Below are positions 44,501 through 57,422 of a stretch of DNA of 64,000 nt, in pieces; position 1 is the stretch's first letter; every line of letters begins with the position of its first letter. This stretch comes from Hydrolagus colliei (lineage: Eukaryota): assembly GCA_035084275.1 (NCBI GenBank), contig CM068779.1, forward strand, positions 1,488,001-1,552,000. The letters are read 5' to 3'. The notes beneath the pieces are model-generated. The model was not told where the DNA came from. It ran no database searches and saw only the letters and a program-made list of their open reading frames with translations. The position numbers and the translations under genes were made by a program.

Positions 44501-47490
44501 CATAAAAATATTTTGAACTGGATACTGACTGTCCATATCATCTTTATTAATCGGCGAGAATGCTGATTTCCTGCTGTGTTCAGCAACAAATAACAACAAC
44601 AACATGCATTTAAATAGCACCCTTCACACTGGGTAGAGTGTCCTAGTGCTTAACAACCTGACAAAACATGTCTCCGAATCAGAAGGTTGCGGGTTTAAGT
44701 CACTTGAGGATCTGAAGTCACATTGTCTAAGATGACACTGCAATGCAGATGAGATGCCATCTGCTTGTGTAAAGAGAAGGGAGTTCCTCCCAGTGTTCTG
44801 GCCAACACTCACCAAATAAAATTAGGTATTAATTTAATGCCTGCTTGGGGGGACATTGCTGTCCACGATTGTGCAATTGTGCTTGCCTCCAAATATACAG
44901 TCCCTCCATTTCCTAGGAAATCCTATGAAGCAGTTTCAGGCCCAAAACTCTGGAACACTCACTCAATCCCTCCGTCATATCCCCTTGGTCTCCCTTTTCA
45001 AGTCCTGTCTGAAAACCTTCCTCTTTGACCGTGCTTTTGGCCACCTCCCACCTTTGACCCACTGCTTCTAGTTAGGCTTCGCCACTGTTAAGTACTCTGA
45101 GACACTACCATGGTGTAGGGCTGCTAAATACAAGTTGTTGTTATTCTCAAAGCATGCTTCTGATGTGATAAGGCGCAACACAAAATACAATTATTATTAT
45201 TACAGCTTAGTTACCATTTAAAATCATTGTGTAGAGGTCATTTCTAAATGTCTTTCAGTGATGGTCAGACCAATAACACTGATGTTGCTTTTGTTTGATA
45301 CTAAAATGTCCTGAATTAACTGCAGGACGAGGCTGATATTTTGTATTATTAATATTCCCAGCAGCACTGAAGATTATACGAACTGTTTGTTTTACATTGT
45401 TATACACATCCGCATTCGATTTGTAGATTAATATGGTTCTTGATTTTTTTCCTCATTCCTAATTTGTTACATTGTAATCACTTGGCCCACATCAACAATA
45501 CTAATTTATTAAACTGTATACTAAATATATTATACATATTGCACTAGTCTTCATGCCTGTACTGCCTGATCCCATCCATTCTGTAGTTCAGTAATTTGGA
45601 AAGTTTTTACAAATGTGTCTGCAACTGCTTTCCTGATTTATCAAACACAAATACTGTATATACTTTTTTTTGTCAGACTGACATTTAAACTTCAGCAGTT
45701 ACCCTCAACCCACACCCTTGGGTTCTGATGCCTTGGCTCTTGCCATCCTGTGCCTAATACTCTCCGGAATTAGGAAAACAGGATGTATCCAACCAGGGAG
45801 AGAGTGTGCATTCCATTCCAATACATGATTCCCAGACAGGGCAAAACCATAGAGCAGTTTTCTTACTCTATACACAAACACATTTGTTTAACCAGCAGTA
45901 AGTAGGAGCCCAGTTGTAAATTGAACCGCAGATCACTTTTTTGGAAGTAATAATCTCTCCAATAAATAAATAATAATTTGATCACTGTTTGTGGGACGCT
46001 GCTGTGCACAATTGGCTCCCGTATTTCTCCCACAAAATATCATTACACTTTACAGTATATTTGAATCACATTGAGACGTTTTGAAGACATGATAAGGTGA
46101 TATATCAAATGGAAGTTTTGGAAATGGAAGCTAACAAATATACAGTCAATTTTCCGACTCTTCTTCATGCTGCCCCGACCCGTCCCCCCTTGCTCTTGTC
46201 CCTACTTAACTGTCCAGCGCCTTGGGACGTCCTCTCGACATGAAAGGCACTATATAAATGTACATTTTGATTGATTGATTGATTATTATAATTGATTCCA
46301 TACTGTTGATAATCATCTGGGAAAAGTTCACATTGGTAGAAATTCATTGTTATAAATTGTAGCCACTGTTGACAGATGACACTGTTTGAAAATAGAAAGA
46401 AATTTATCCTAGCGCCCAAACAACAATCCCCAATATAAAATTGGTGACTTGATTCAGGCTGTTTGTTGGTTATCCATGCATTCAAAGTGGCGTGAACGAC
46501 ATTTCTACAGGGTTAGCGTGAGTGGTACAAAGTCAATTTAGAATAATTCATATAAAGAGCACTTCACATGGGGTAGGGTTTCGGAACATTTAACAATGGG
46601 AAGACTGACGCTCAACCGGGGGAGGGAGGAGGTGACATGTGCCTATGAAACTATATTCCAGCAGACAGGACAGCGGGGAGAAAATAAGGTAACACATACT
46701 GTGTATCTATGTGGCAGAAATATTATTTCTCTACTTCAAGCAGCTGAATGACATGAAAATGAACCATCAGATCGTGAGCATCTCGTCCATTATCTGGATA
46801 TAAAACATTTTGTGTGAAGATATCCATTTTCATTTTCTCCCAGATCTCTCCCTGAACGTGGTACAGTTAACAACAAATACCCTGGGACATGAATGGCACA
46901 TATATAGGTTATTGTCAGTGTAACTGTTACTTACCCAGCACTTTCAGGACGATTGACACTGATTTTGAACTGCCAGTGACTGGGATCAACCTCAAGTTGT
47001 AAGTTCCATTGTCGGCAGTTGTCACTGATTTCAGGTGGAGAGACACGTCTGGGAGGAATATCTCAGCCCGGTCTCGGTAATCAGGTTTGACAGATACCCC
47101 CAGTTCGACCCACACAAGTACTTCATTGGCGCCAAAACGCCAGGTCCCACTCTCCACCTCACCAGACACTGTCACTTTAAACTCAACTGTTTCTCCGACA
47201 GCTGCTGTAATGGTGTCTGGTACAGTGACGGTGATTTCTGCTGTAACTGGAGAGAGAGAAAATGCCATCAAGGACTGCGAGGCATCACTGAATACATATC
47301 TACACAGTTCGTCCTGGCTGACGCCCTCTCTCTCTCTCTCTCTATTGTAGGGACGTGGTCAGCAAGTTCTCCCTGTCTCTATCGTTAAACATTTACAATA
47401 AACTCCCAACTGAGAGCAGGTGAGAAAGTGAGACTCACCCGCACATACACAGCAGCAAAGAGCAACTACCCCGAGCAGTGCTGTCTGCAT
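29509..47490 (-). CDS. Gene 2: CEACAM-like activating-type receptor (L-N-A1-B1-A2-B2-A-B-TM-YENV-ITAM), spliced CDS 2298 nt, ~765 aa
   Basis: join(47490-47439,47246-46935,43853-43575,42771-42508,41003-40725,39886-39623,36467-36192,36102-35842,32838-32698,32577-32507,30398-30360,29568-29509). GT-AG with compatible phases; tail ..DPNATYT|[19 protein letters not shown]. Confidence 0.82.
29640..30070 (-). mobile_element. SINE with duplicated head segment, in the ITAM intron (copy ~50610-51040)
   Basis: gcgagtgctctaa occurs twice; family core and tail. Confidence 0.7.
30360..30398 (-). CDS. Gene 2 cytoplasmic exon [13 protein letters not shown], 39 nt, phase 0-0 (first ITAM tyrosine)
   Basis: Acceptor tctcactttcttacacag, donor gtgaga. 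Confidence 0.85.
31445..31810 (+). mobile_element. tRNA-head / L2-tail SINE (copy ~52415-52780)
   Basis: Head, core and attattatt tail. Confidence 0.72.
32035..32415 (-). mobile_element. tRNA-head / L2-tail SINE (copy ~53005-53385)
   Basis: gggtatcgaaccc B box, family core. Confidence 0.72.
32507..32577 (-). CDS. Gene 2 cytoplasmic exon [24 protein letters not shown], 71 nt, phase 1-0
   Basis: Long polypyrimidine tract with ctaac branch-like site and cag acceptor; donor gttagt. Confidence 0.82.
32698..32838 (-). CDS. Gene 2 transmembrane exon [47 protein letters not shown]
   Basis: Acceptor ttcctcactaaacag, donor gtaagt, 141 nt phase 1-1; uncharged helix followed by KRR. Confidence 0.88.
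33215..34490 (+). mobile_element. 5'-truncated L2-clade LINE; RT C-terminal ORF 33490-34446
   Basis: [30 protein letters not shown] motifs; (TTG)n tail. Confidence 0.93.
34724..35020. mobile_element. hAT-type MITE, 297 bp (copy 55694-55990)
   Basis: Imperfect TIRs ttgtggtttccaacct / aggttgggaaccactg; perfect 8-bp TSD agctaaac at 34716-34723 and 35021-35028. Confidence 0.88.
35476..35706. mobile_element. hAT-type MITE (related copy ~56455-56660)
   Basis: TIRs cagtggcttccaaact / agtttggaaaccactg; flanks gttttcac / gtatacac resemble a decayed 8-bp TSD. Confidence 0.75.
35842..36467 (-). CDS. Gene 2 membrane-proximal A (36467-36192) and B (36102-35842) IgC2 exons
   Basis: Paralogues of gene 1 A4/B4 with the same 89-nt intron. 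Confidence 0.9.
37090..37325 (+). mobile_element. Decayed CR1 fragment
   Basis: cagtttggccaccacactttaggaaggatgtc..gaggtgtacaaaatc. Confidence 0.7.
38116..38722 (+). mobile_element. L2 3' fragment inserted in a gene 2 intron only
   Basis: [27 protein letters not shown]; paralogous site at ~17745-17760 is empty. Confidence 0.88.
39623..43853 (-). CDS. Gene 2 A1 (43853-43575), B1 (42771-42508), A2 (41003-40725), B2 (39886-39623) exons
   Basis: Protein-identical to gene 1 A1/B1/A2/B2; B2 differs by two synonymous bases. Confidence 0.9.
46935..47490 (-). CDS. Gene 2 leader (47490-47439) and N domain (47246-46935) exons
   Basis: Leader identical to gene 1; N domain differs at 9 residues. Confidence 0.9.
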
Positions 47491-47498
47491 CCTGGCCT

Positions 47499-47627
47499 CA
47501 GCCTGTGTCCTGGTCTCTGGTCACTGAGCAGCCTGTGTCCTGGTCTCTGGTCACTGAGCAGCCTGTGTCCTGATCTCTGGTCACTGAGCAGCCTGTGTCC
47601 TGGTCTCTGGTCACTGAGCAGCCTGTG
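47499..47627. repeat. 30-bp tandem repeat x4.3 upstream of gene 2 ATG
   Basis: Duplicate of 26542-26670. Confidence 0.95.
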
Positions 47628-50480
47628 CTGGTTACACTCAGTCAGTCAGTAGAGTTTTCTCTTCTCCCAGCTCTGCACTTATTGAGCAAATAGGAAGTAG
47701 GGAGTGGGTGGGGACTGACTGCAGTGTGGTTCCTGGCCAGTGATATCAAATGTCTCGGGTATTTCAAGTCAGAACAGGGTTTGCACAAAGCCCAGGAGCC
47801 TGGACACTGTGACCTGTTAGACAGTAACAAGGCAGCAGTTTGGATCTCTGTTCAGCTTGTTTTAAAGTTAGTTTCTAAAATATAAAATACATTTAATAAA
47901 CATGATGTTAATCCTTTATTTGATACAGTCCCTGATCCCATCTTTGAAAAGCTTCACAGGATCTACTGTAAAGTATAGTAGTGTCTGTTTGTTTTGTGGC
48001 GAAACACTAAACCCAGCAGCCAATTGGGCACAGCAGTGTCCCACACACAGGCAAAGTCATGGTAACTATTGCACTTGATACACAGCCTTTCCTGTCAGGA
48101 GAACATTTCAAACTGCTTCACAGGAGTTTTTTACAGTAAATTATAGAATGTGGCAGGCGATCTGGGCACAGTGACACACACTGGCATGAAGTGTACAACC
48201 ATAACCCTGAACAACAAAAACATTACATTTGTATATTGCCTTTCACGGTGGGAGAACAGACCAAGGTGAAGTGAATGACAGCTCCCTGACTGACCAACAA
48301 ACGGCTTAATGTCATTATTCAACACAGAAACTACAGGGTTAGAAATCAAATGTGAGTCACTGTTTACCTGTTTACTGTCCTGTAGCTCAGTGGTGAGAGC
48401 ACTCACCTTACAAGCAAGAGACTAGGTTTGATTCCCGGCAGGTCACAATAAAATCTTGGGCAAGTTTCCTTTCTCGACATGTCTAATAATAATCCCTCAA
48501 AAAAAATTGTCATTTTCAATCCACGACTGTTTGTGGGACACTGCTGCGTACAATTGGTTGCCACCCACAAATATACAGTCAATTCTCTTTACAGTTAATT
48601 CTGTGAAGCGCATTGAGACGTCTAGAAGACGTGAAAAGCACTATATCCCATGCAGGATGATTATTATGATGAAGCTTTGTGTGATCTTACACTGTGTAAC
48701 AGCCCCACAGTCTGGCAGATCAGTGCTATTACACAATAATAATAATAATAATCCTTGCATTTGATATCGCCCTTTTCACATCTTATCAACGTTATGCAAA
48801 TGCCCTGCTGGTCGGTCTTCCCAATTCTTCCCTCCACAGGCTACAGATAATCTAGAATATTGTGTCCTTTACCGTTCCAAACTCCATGACCCCATCTTCC
48901 CCATCCTCACCTGTCTCCATTGGCTCTCCATCATTCAGAAGATCCGATTCAAGATACTGGTGTTCACATTTAAAGCCCTTCACAACCTCACCCCACCCTA
49001 CATCCGTGACCTCCTATCCCCTTACCAACCTGCCCGCCCCCTCCGCTCAGCAGGCTCTGGCCTGTTCCAAGTCTTCTGACCCACACGCCACACAAGTGGC
49101 CACTCTCTCCGTCACTCTGCCTTCAACGTCTGGAACTCCATCCCGCAGTCACTCCGCCTCGTTCCCTCCCTGGCCTCCTTCAAGTCTCGCCTCAAGACTC
49201 TCCTCTTCGATGGACCCATCGCAACTCTTAATCCCCCTTCCCTCCCCCACCCACCCCCCTGGCCTCAGCTCGGGTCTGATGCAGTAACTGTCCAGAGCCT
49301 TGGGACGTCCTTCTGACGTGAAAGACGCTATACAAGTATAATTTTGTTGTTTTGTTGTATATTCTGTAAAGCGCTACCGGACGGTTCAAAGAAGAGAAAA
49401 ACGCTTTATCCAATGCAAGGATTATTGTTATTGTATTCTGTGAAGCGCTGAGACGTACCAAGATATGGTAAGGTGTTATATCAAATGCTCCAATTATCAT
49501 TCATCATTTTCCAGCTCTTCTACAATGAAACAACCAGTGATTTCAGCCATTTTAATTCTGTAGCCTGATTATTGATACAATATAAAAATACTAAATGACA
49601 TTTACAGCGTCTTTTACATCTGGAAGACAACCACAACAAAATTACATTGATACATGTTGGAAGGACGTCCCAAGGTGCTGCACAGTTAGGGATTTGGATC
49701 CGAGCTGAGGATCAGGAGGGGTGGAGGGCAGTGAGGTTGGAGGATGGAAGGTGACCGAAGGCATGGTTAAAGAGAGGGTCTTAATTCTGGACTTGAAAGA
49801 GGCAAGGGAGAGGGTGAGGACAAGGTCAGTGTCTGTAGAGCAGAGGAACGGACATGTAGGTGAAGCTTTAATAGGTGGCAAAGGTAGTGAGGAAGAAGGC
49901 CATGGATAGCTTTAAAGAGAGTTCTCATAGTCAAGCCTGGATTTAATGAAAGCGTGAATAAGGGTTTCAGCACCTGAGGGCAGAGACAGTGGTGAAGGTG
50001 GGCAATGTTGTGGAGGTGGGGCAAGGCAGGATGGGTCATGGCACAGATGTAGAGTTTAAAGTACAGTTGAGGGTTGAACAAGACACCAAGGCTCAGTGAC
50101 GGAGAGAGTAGATCCATGGATAGTGATCACTGGCAGCGCCTGAGGTGAGGAAGTGCTGATGGGAGCCAAGCAAGAGGTCCTCGGTCTTGTTGACGTTCAA
50201 TTGGAGAAAGTCAGCTCTCAGCCAGGACTTGATGTCTGACAGACAATCCATCAGGACAGCAGTGATCCTGGAGTCGAGGCTGGGGGCAGAGAGATAGAGT
50301 TGACCACAGGCCTGTGGATGATATCACACAGCAGGACACCACATTAGAATTACGCTGCCAGAGTTCATGAACACAGAGAAACACTGGGTGATACAAGCTG
50401 CCAGACTTGTTGGGGAGATGAATAAGCCGCACATCAGCACTTCGCATCTCCAGTCCTCGCACAGTCAGCCATTCAGCCAA

Positions 50481-53400
50481 TTATCCAGCCATTTTGCCTC
50501 TCAGGTCACTGTACAGGGACTGATCGTGTGGCTGTAAAGTCTGTCCAGAGAAGACAGGAAGAGAGTGTCACTAGTGTCACAGGGTGTAACAGTTATCTGA
50601 GGGTAAATAATAATAATAATCCTGGCATTTGACGCAGCGCCTTATCATATTGGTAAACAGTTAAAGTGCTTCACAGGAAATACTGTCAAGTGTAGTGACT
50701 GTGTGTTTAGTGGGGGAAATGCAGCAACAATTGAGAAAAGCGATGCACTAACAAACAGCAGTGGATTGAGTGACCAAAATATGTATATATTATTTAAGGC
50801 ATTGTTACCCCCAGAAAGTGATCCACCAATCGACCCCCAAGCAGTTTCTTTGTTACTGCTGGTAAACAGAGGTGTGTGAGTGTGAGTGCATCTGTTTCTG
50901 TCTGTGTGTGTTTTTATGGAATAAGAAAACTTCCCTAAGGTTTCGCCCTGACCTGTAGCACCAGGGAATCGAACCCAGGTCTTCTCGTTTGTGAAGCGAG
51001 TGCTCTAAGTACTGAACTGCGAGTGCTCTAACCACTGGGCTACAGAACACCACCAGTGTCCCAAGGTGTGGCAGTTATCTGGGGGACAATAGAAATCAAG
51101 GAGCCTGGTGTAGAGAGTGTGACGGAGTGACTGTCAGCAGCATGTATACAGTGAGCAACATAGACACACAGCTGACCCCTCTGTGGGCAGCAGATCTCAG
51201 CAGAGGGTTGGCAGAGGTCTGGAGGAGGGCACTTTGCCATCCTGGCCACTAATACATGGTGCGGGGCTTAGGACAGAGGCTACAAGAGGATGTTTGGCTT
51301 CCCACACAATAAAATATTAATTATCTCTCACCGTGTAGGTGGCATTGGGATCAGAGGCCTCAGTGCGTTCCTGTGTAAGAAAGTGAGACAGTCAATATAG
51401 ACAAGCAGTAGATAGGAAGAGTTGTGCTGAAGGCACAGAGAGCAACATTAACCTGACTTTGTATTTCACATCTGATTAACAACATCATCATAGATTGTGG
51501 TGACAGCACAGAACTGTGTCTGCGTCTGTGCTGGTGCTCGCTCCCCCACTGGAGCTCTCTACTCTAACCCCATTCCCTGTTGTGTTCTATCATGTCTGTT
51601 CTGGTGCTCTCTGAGACAGTATCTTAATGAAGGGCGCTATATAAATACACATTATTATTGCTGTGCTGTGTTTGAAGCTAGACTGACACATCAGAGGAGT
51701 ACTGAGGGAGACAGCAATGTCCATACATTATACAGTAAACATCTGTCTGCCTGTTGTGATGGTTCATGTGGAATGATATAGAACATACAACAAACACACA
51801 CCATTTAGTCCAACATGTTCATGGAGGTGTTTATATTCCAGCTGTGCCCCACCCCTGCTGTGATCCCCTCTCCTACTCTCTATTCCCTTCTCCCTCATCC
51901 ATCCAATATGGTTCAACTTAATAACAACAACAAATGTCAGTTACACAGTCTCTTTCATGTCAGGAGGAATGTCCTAAGATACTGTCCTAAGACAGTCTGG
52001 GATCTGCACTCGAGCTGGGGATTGGGATCAGGAGGGAGTGGGGGGCAGGGAGAGTCGGGGTAGGAGGGTGACCAAGGGCGGGATTGCTTGAAGAGCAGGT
52101 AATTGAGACAGCTCTTGAGAAGGAGGCGAGGGAGACTGAGGGATACAGTTCCAGAGGGTGGTGGCAGAGACGCTAAAGGCCTGTCTGTCTACGGTGTGGC
52201 GGGTGAGGCAGGACACATGAAGCAGGCTAGAGCTCTCTGAGGACGGCGTGCACAGTTTCTAGGGGGTTAGGAAATCACAGAGACCAAGGTGAAGAACAGG
52301 AACTTGAACTTTAATTTGCTGATGCTTCTTACATCAACCACATCAACTTCCTCGTTCTCTCGTCCCCCTGTGTCCAGCGGTTCCTCCTAATCTCCCTCAC
52401 TATCTGGCTTTGATGTCCTGTGGCTCAGTGGTTAGAGCACTCTCCTCGCAAGTGACAGAACCTGGGTTCGCTTCGTGGCCAGGGTGAAATGTTAGGGAAG
52501 ATTCACACATGCGCACACACACGTGCACACACACACAGGCCTCTGTTTTCTTAACAGTGGGTAAGAGCCAGGTTCTTAGTCGATTGGAGGACTAATTTCA
52601 GGACTAATCTGTTCAAAAAACTATTTGGTCACTGAACCCACTTCTGTTCGTGGGATGCTGTTGCTCGCAATTGGTTGCTGTGTTTCACCTAAAATATATA
52701 CAGTGAATTTCCTTACAGTATATCCTGTGAAGCGCTTTCAGACATCTAAAAGATGTTATAAGGAACAGGATTATTATTATCGAGGTTCCTCTTAAAACTG
52801 CTAAAACTTTTCACTTCGACTACAGTTTCCTCATTCTCTCTGCCCTCTATGTAAACAAGTTCCCCCTAAACACCCTTATGATCTGCTATCTCAATATATC
52901 TCTCAACATCCACCTTATTGAATTTTGCACAGTTTTTAACTCCTCTATCAGAGTTCACACTCCTGGTTCTCATCTTGAAATCCCTGCTCACCCCCATAAC
53001 AATAATAATCCTTGTCATTGATATAGAACCTTATCATGTTGTTAAGACATCTCAGCACTTCATAGGAAATACTGTAAAGTGTAGTGACTGTGACAGCCAA
53101 TTGCACACAGCAGGGCCCCACAAATCGTCCTAGATTGAGAGACAAATTATTATTTTAAAAAGTCATTACTACCCCTGGAAAAGCAATCCACCATTTCACT
53201 AACAACAACAACAAAATTACACCTTGTATACGTCACAAGGCACAAATGTGTTCCTACTTACTGCTGGTGAACAGAGCACTTGTGTGTGCATGTCTCTGTG
53301 AGGAAACGTGCCTAAGGTTTCGCCCTGACCTGCCTGGGTATCGAACCCACTTGTGAGGCAAGTGCTCTAATCACTGAGCTACAGGATCCACAAACAGAGC

Positions 53401-56400
53401 CAGAAGGCGAGTGAGTGAGAGACATGCGGAGAAGCTGTAGAGGTCTGGATCTTGTCAGGAGAAGAATAGCACTAACCTGGGGCCTGGCTGAGAATGAAAC
53501 ATTCTCATAGGTCACTGCTGAGCTCTGAGCAGTTGGGGTGGAGCTTTCTGCAGGAAGATTGGGGAGAATGGGAGCAGGGTTAGGAGGAGAATTCATTCCT
53601 CTTACAATTGTGTTTATCATTAATATTACTGTAATAGTCCTTTAACAAACGGGAGGCAGGAACTTACCGGCTTGTTTTCTCAGAGACAGACGTCTTTTAT
53701 AGACGAATAATGACATTATAGCGATTAGAATTAGGATTAGAATCACAGCCACTGGCACACCAACACTAATCCCCAAATCGACGGCCACACTGGGATTGTT
53801 TACGTGATCTGTTTAGTGAGGAAATTATTTGATATAAATGAGTATGTGGGAAGACACTCAATTATCAGCTTTTTCTGCTTTAGTTTAAATAAAACATGGA
53901 AATCAGGGAAGATATAATATATATAATACAGTACAACTTTACATTGGTACAGTTCCAGCTCTAGTCTTCACATCATGCTCAACAGTACAGGCTGGGAACC
54001 CGAGTTGCGCGTGTGAGGTGAGAGGTGTGAGGATGGGAAAGATCATTGAAAGCCAGACAGAGAGATAGGACTTCAGACAAAAGCTTGAATGAGCTAAGGG
54101 AGGGAACAAGTGGCAGTTACAGAGATGGGGCCAAAACGGCTGAACGACCATCAGACATTGGGGGGGGGGATGGACTTTTTCCCAGTGGGTGTCCTCCTTG
54201 ACCTGTCTGCTGCGTTCGACACAGTCGATCACACCATCCTCCTCCAACGTCTTTCCTCAACCTTCAAGGCACAGTCCTTGACTGGTTCCATTCCTACCTG
54301 ACCCACCGTTTACACTTTGTATCTTCCAATGGTTTTTCCTCAAACCCCCGCACAGTTTCTCACGGCGTCCCTCAGGGCTCTGTCCTCGGCTCCCTCCTTT
54401 TCACCATTTATACGCTCCCTCTGGGCGATGTCATCCGCAAACATGGGGTAAATTTCCACATGTATGCGGACGACACCCAGCTGTACCTTTCTGCCTCATC
54501 CCTCAACCCCCAGACCATCGATGTTCTGACAGCATGTCTGTCCGACATCGAGTCCTGGACGAGTGAAAACTTCCTGCAATTGAACGTGAGTAAGACCGAG
54601 GCCCTCCTGATCGGCTCAAGCCAGCGCCTCCGCACATCGGGCGCTGCCAGCCTCAACATGCAAGGCTGTACTCTCCACCTCACAAAGCCAGTCAGGAACC
54701 TCGGCATCATGTTCGACCAAAAACTCTCCTTCCTCCCCCACATCCGTGCCTTGACCGGCACCGCTTACTTCCACCTGCGCAACATTGCCAGGCTCCGCAA
54801 TTATCTTACCCCCCACGCTGCTGAAACACTCATGCACGCGTACATCACCTCAAGGCTGAACTACGGAAACTCTCTCCTCGTCGGCCTCCCCAGTTCCTCC
54901 AATCACAGGCTTCAGGTCATCCAAAACTCTGCTGCCCGTGTATTATCCCGCACCCGCCTCCGCGACCATATAACCCCCATCCTCGCCCATCTCCATTGGC
55001 TCCCCATCCTCCAGAGGATCGAGTTCAAGATCCTCGTCCTCACCTTCAAGGTCTTACATGGCCTTGCCCCGCCCTATTTAACCAATTTACTCTCCCCCTA
55101 CAAGCCCACCCGGACCCTCCGTTCAGCAGGACTTGGCCTGCTCCAAGCCCCCCGCCCGAACCGCCCCACCATTGGAGGCCGGGCCTTCAGTTTTTCTGCT
55201 CCGACCCTGTGGAATTCCATCCCCCAATCCCTCCGTCTCGTTTCTTCTCTTTCCTCTTTCAAGGCCGGTTTGAAGACTTTCCTCTTCGACCGTGACTTTT
55301 CTTCCACCCCGAATTTTTCGACCTCCCCTATGTGTTTCACCCCTCCCCGTACACTCCCCTCCCAGCTCGGGTCACACGCCTCCTGTGCAGCGCCTTGGGA
55401 TGTTCTCCCGACGTGAAAGGCGCTTTACAAGTGTAATTTGTTGTTGTGTTGTTGTTGTTGTCTGACATATGAGAAACCATCACAGTGATTAAGAGGCACC
55501 AAACCAAGCACATAATCCACCTACACATAGAAATCCCAGAGATAGATATTGGAATGGATTGCACACCCTCTCTCTCTCTCTCTGGAGGGACTGCTGATTC
55601 CAGGAAGTATTAGGCGCTGGTTGGCGAGAGTCAAGGCTTGAGGGGAGCACACATTGTGCATTATGGTAACTGCTGGAGTCTAACCAGCTAAACTTGTGGT
55701 TTCCAACCTTTTTTTTTGCTGCGACCCAAATTAGCCACCAACAGGTCCTTCCGACTCTTAGGGTGCAACATCGCGACCGAAGTGAAGCTCAGCCAAGACG
55801 ATATCTCTGTCTCTTTTGTGGACTCAGCGCAACTCGTAAGTATGGTCTTTCATAGAAATTGGACGGTGGTGTCGCCACGGACACTTTTCAGCACTAAAAA
55901 AGCATTGTCAGCGTTTAAAAAACAACAAAAAATTTCTAATGATCCTTCATGACCCTGATTTGGATTGGGACCCGAGGTTGGGAACCACTGAGCTAAACCC
56001 ACATAGCTTGCCATTGATATCTCTGTCTGGCAAGATTTCAGTGCCTCGGGACATCCTCCTTACGTGAAAAGCATTCTCTCACTGTAATATTTTTGTTGTT
56101 GTTGTTTCCCGCCGCTGCTCCAGCTAGGACCACCCTACACATTAGGACTTTGACTTGCAGGATTAACAGCAGCTGAGTGGGAAGATTCCCTTCCACCAGT
56201 GACTGGTCTGTTCAACCAAGGCCTGCTGGTGAGCCAGGCTGGGCTGTGCTGCCATCAGCAGAGAGAGCTCTGCAATACAAAACACCTGGCTCAGGAACTG
56301 GCACAGACGTCTGGCTCGATTCTCATATTCTGCTGCCAAAACATGTCACCTTGAGGCCTTTTCAGTTTACGATATGATACAAGATGTGAAAGAGCTCAAA

Positions 56401-57422
56401 TCAAGGCGAGTTTCTCCTGAGACCCCACACCCAGACCAAGTTTGGAAGCCACCCCAGTGGCTTCCAAACTTGAAATACAGACGCCTGCCCTGACTCAGCT
56501 AAATTTTTGTTGCTCCCCCCCCCCCCACTCCACCTTCACATTGAATAATTTTTGCAAATGATAACAGCAAATTCAATATTTTCTTTACCTGTGTTATTAA
56601 ATATCAACAAAAAACATTAATTTGTTAGAACACTAACAAATTCACAGTTTGGAAACCACTGGTATACACTATAAATAACTTATTGATAAACTGGTGAGTT
56701 AATGCAGATATCACCTCAGTGATTTGTCATTTACAAGATCAGGCTGTTCAAGGTACAAAGCCAAGAGCTGAGGGAACAGTGCAGTACATCACTCACCCTT
56801 TAACATGACATTCAGTGTTGTCTCTTTGTCTCTTAAGGTAACGCTGTTATGAGCTTGACAAGTGTAAATCCCAAGATTAGTCTGGGTTATTTTATCAATG
56901 GTGAACTTTGGAGTTGTGTGTGACAAAATAGTGCCATTAAATCTCCATTTATACTGAGCTTCTGGGTGTGACGGAGCAGAACAAGACAATGTAACAGTGT
57001 CTCCAAGTTCTGCTGGGTGTGTCCCAGCGATTGTCAGCTCAGGGACGTCTGGTCCATCTGCAACAGAAGCAAGAATGGCTTCTTTATTACCAGTGAACGT
57101 AAAGCATAACATTGAAGTCTTATTGTGAGAGGTGGCTGATAATTACAGGCAATGTTCAGTGTATGGCTGCCAGACTGAGAGCTAAGGGTGTTCCTTGCCT
57201 CACACCGATACGTTCCAACATCCTTCCTAGTCACATTGATGATGGTCAGGGTGTCATTATCCACAGCGATTGTGATCCTGTCACTGCTGTGGAGAGCTTG
57301 CTCACCTTTAAACCACAACTGGGACTCAACAGTGCCAGTGACAGCACATGCCATAGTCACAGTGTCAGTGTATTCTATTGGTTTGGGATTGTTAGCTGTT
57401 ATGGTGACACTGGTGATTTTTT
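50481..57422 (-). CDS. Gene 3, 3' part: A-B-TM-YENV-ITAM; leader and N exon not in window
   Basis: join(57422-57147,57057-56797,53808-53668,53547-53477,51370-51332,50540-50481); TM and tail match gene 2; A-exon donor is gtaatt. Confidence 0.78.
54185..55460 (+). mobile_element. Duplicate of the L2 LINE at 33215-34490
   Basis: Identical 318-aa ORF 54460-55416. Confidence 0.93.

Larger units (their letters stand above)
39870..56436. repeat. Copy 2 of recent tandem segmental duplication
   Basis: As above; near identity ends at 35466/56436. Confidence 0.92.
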
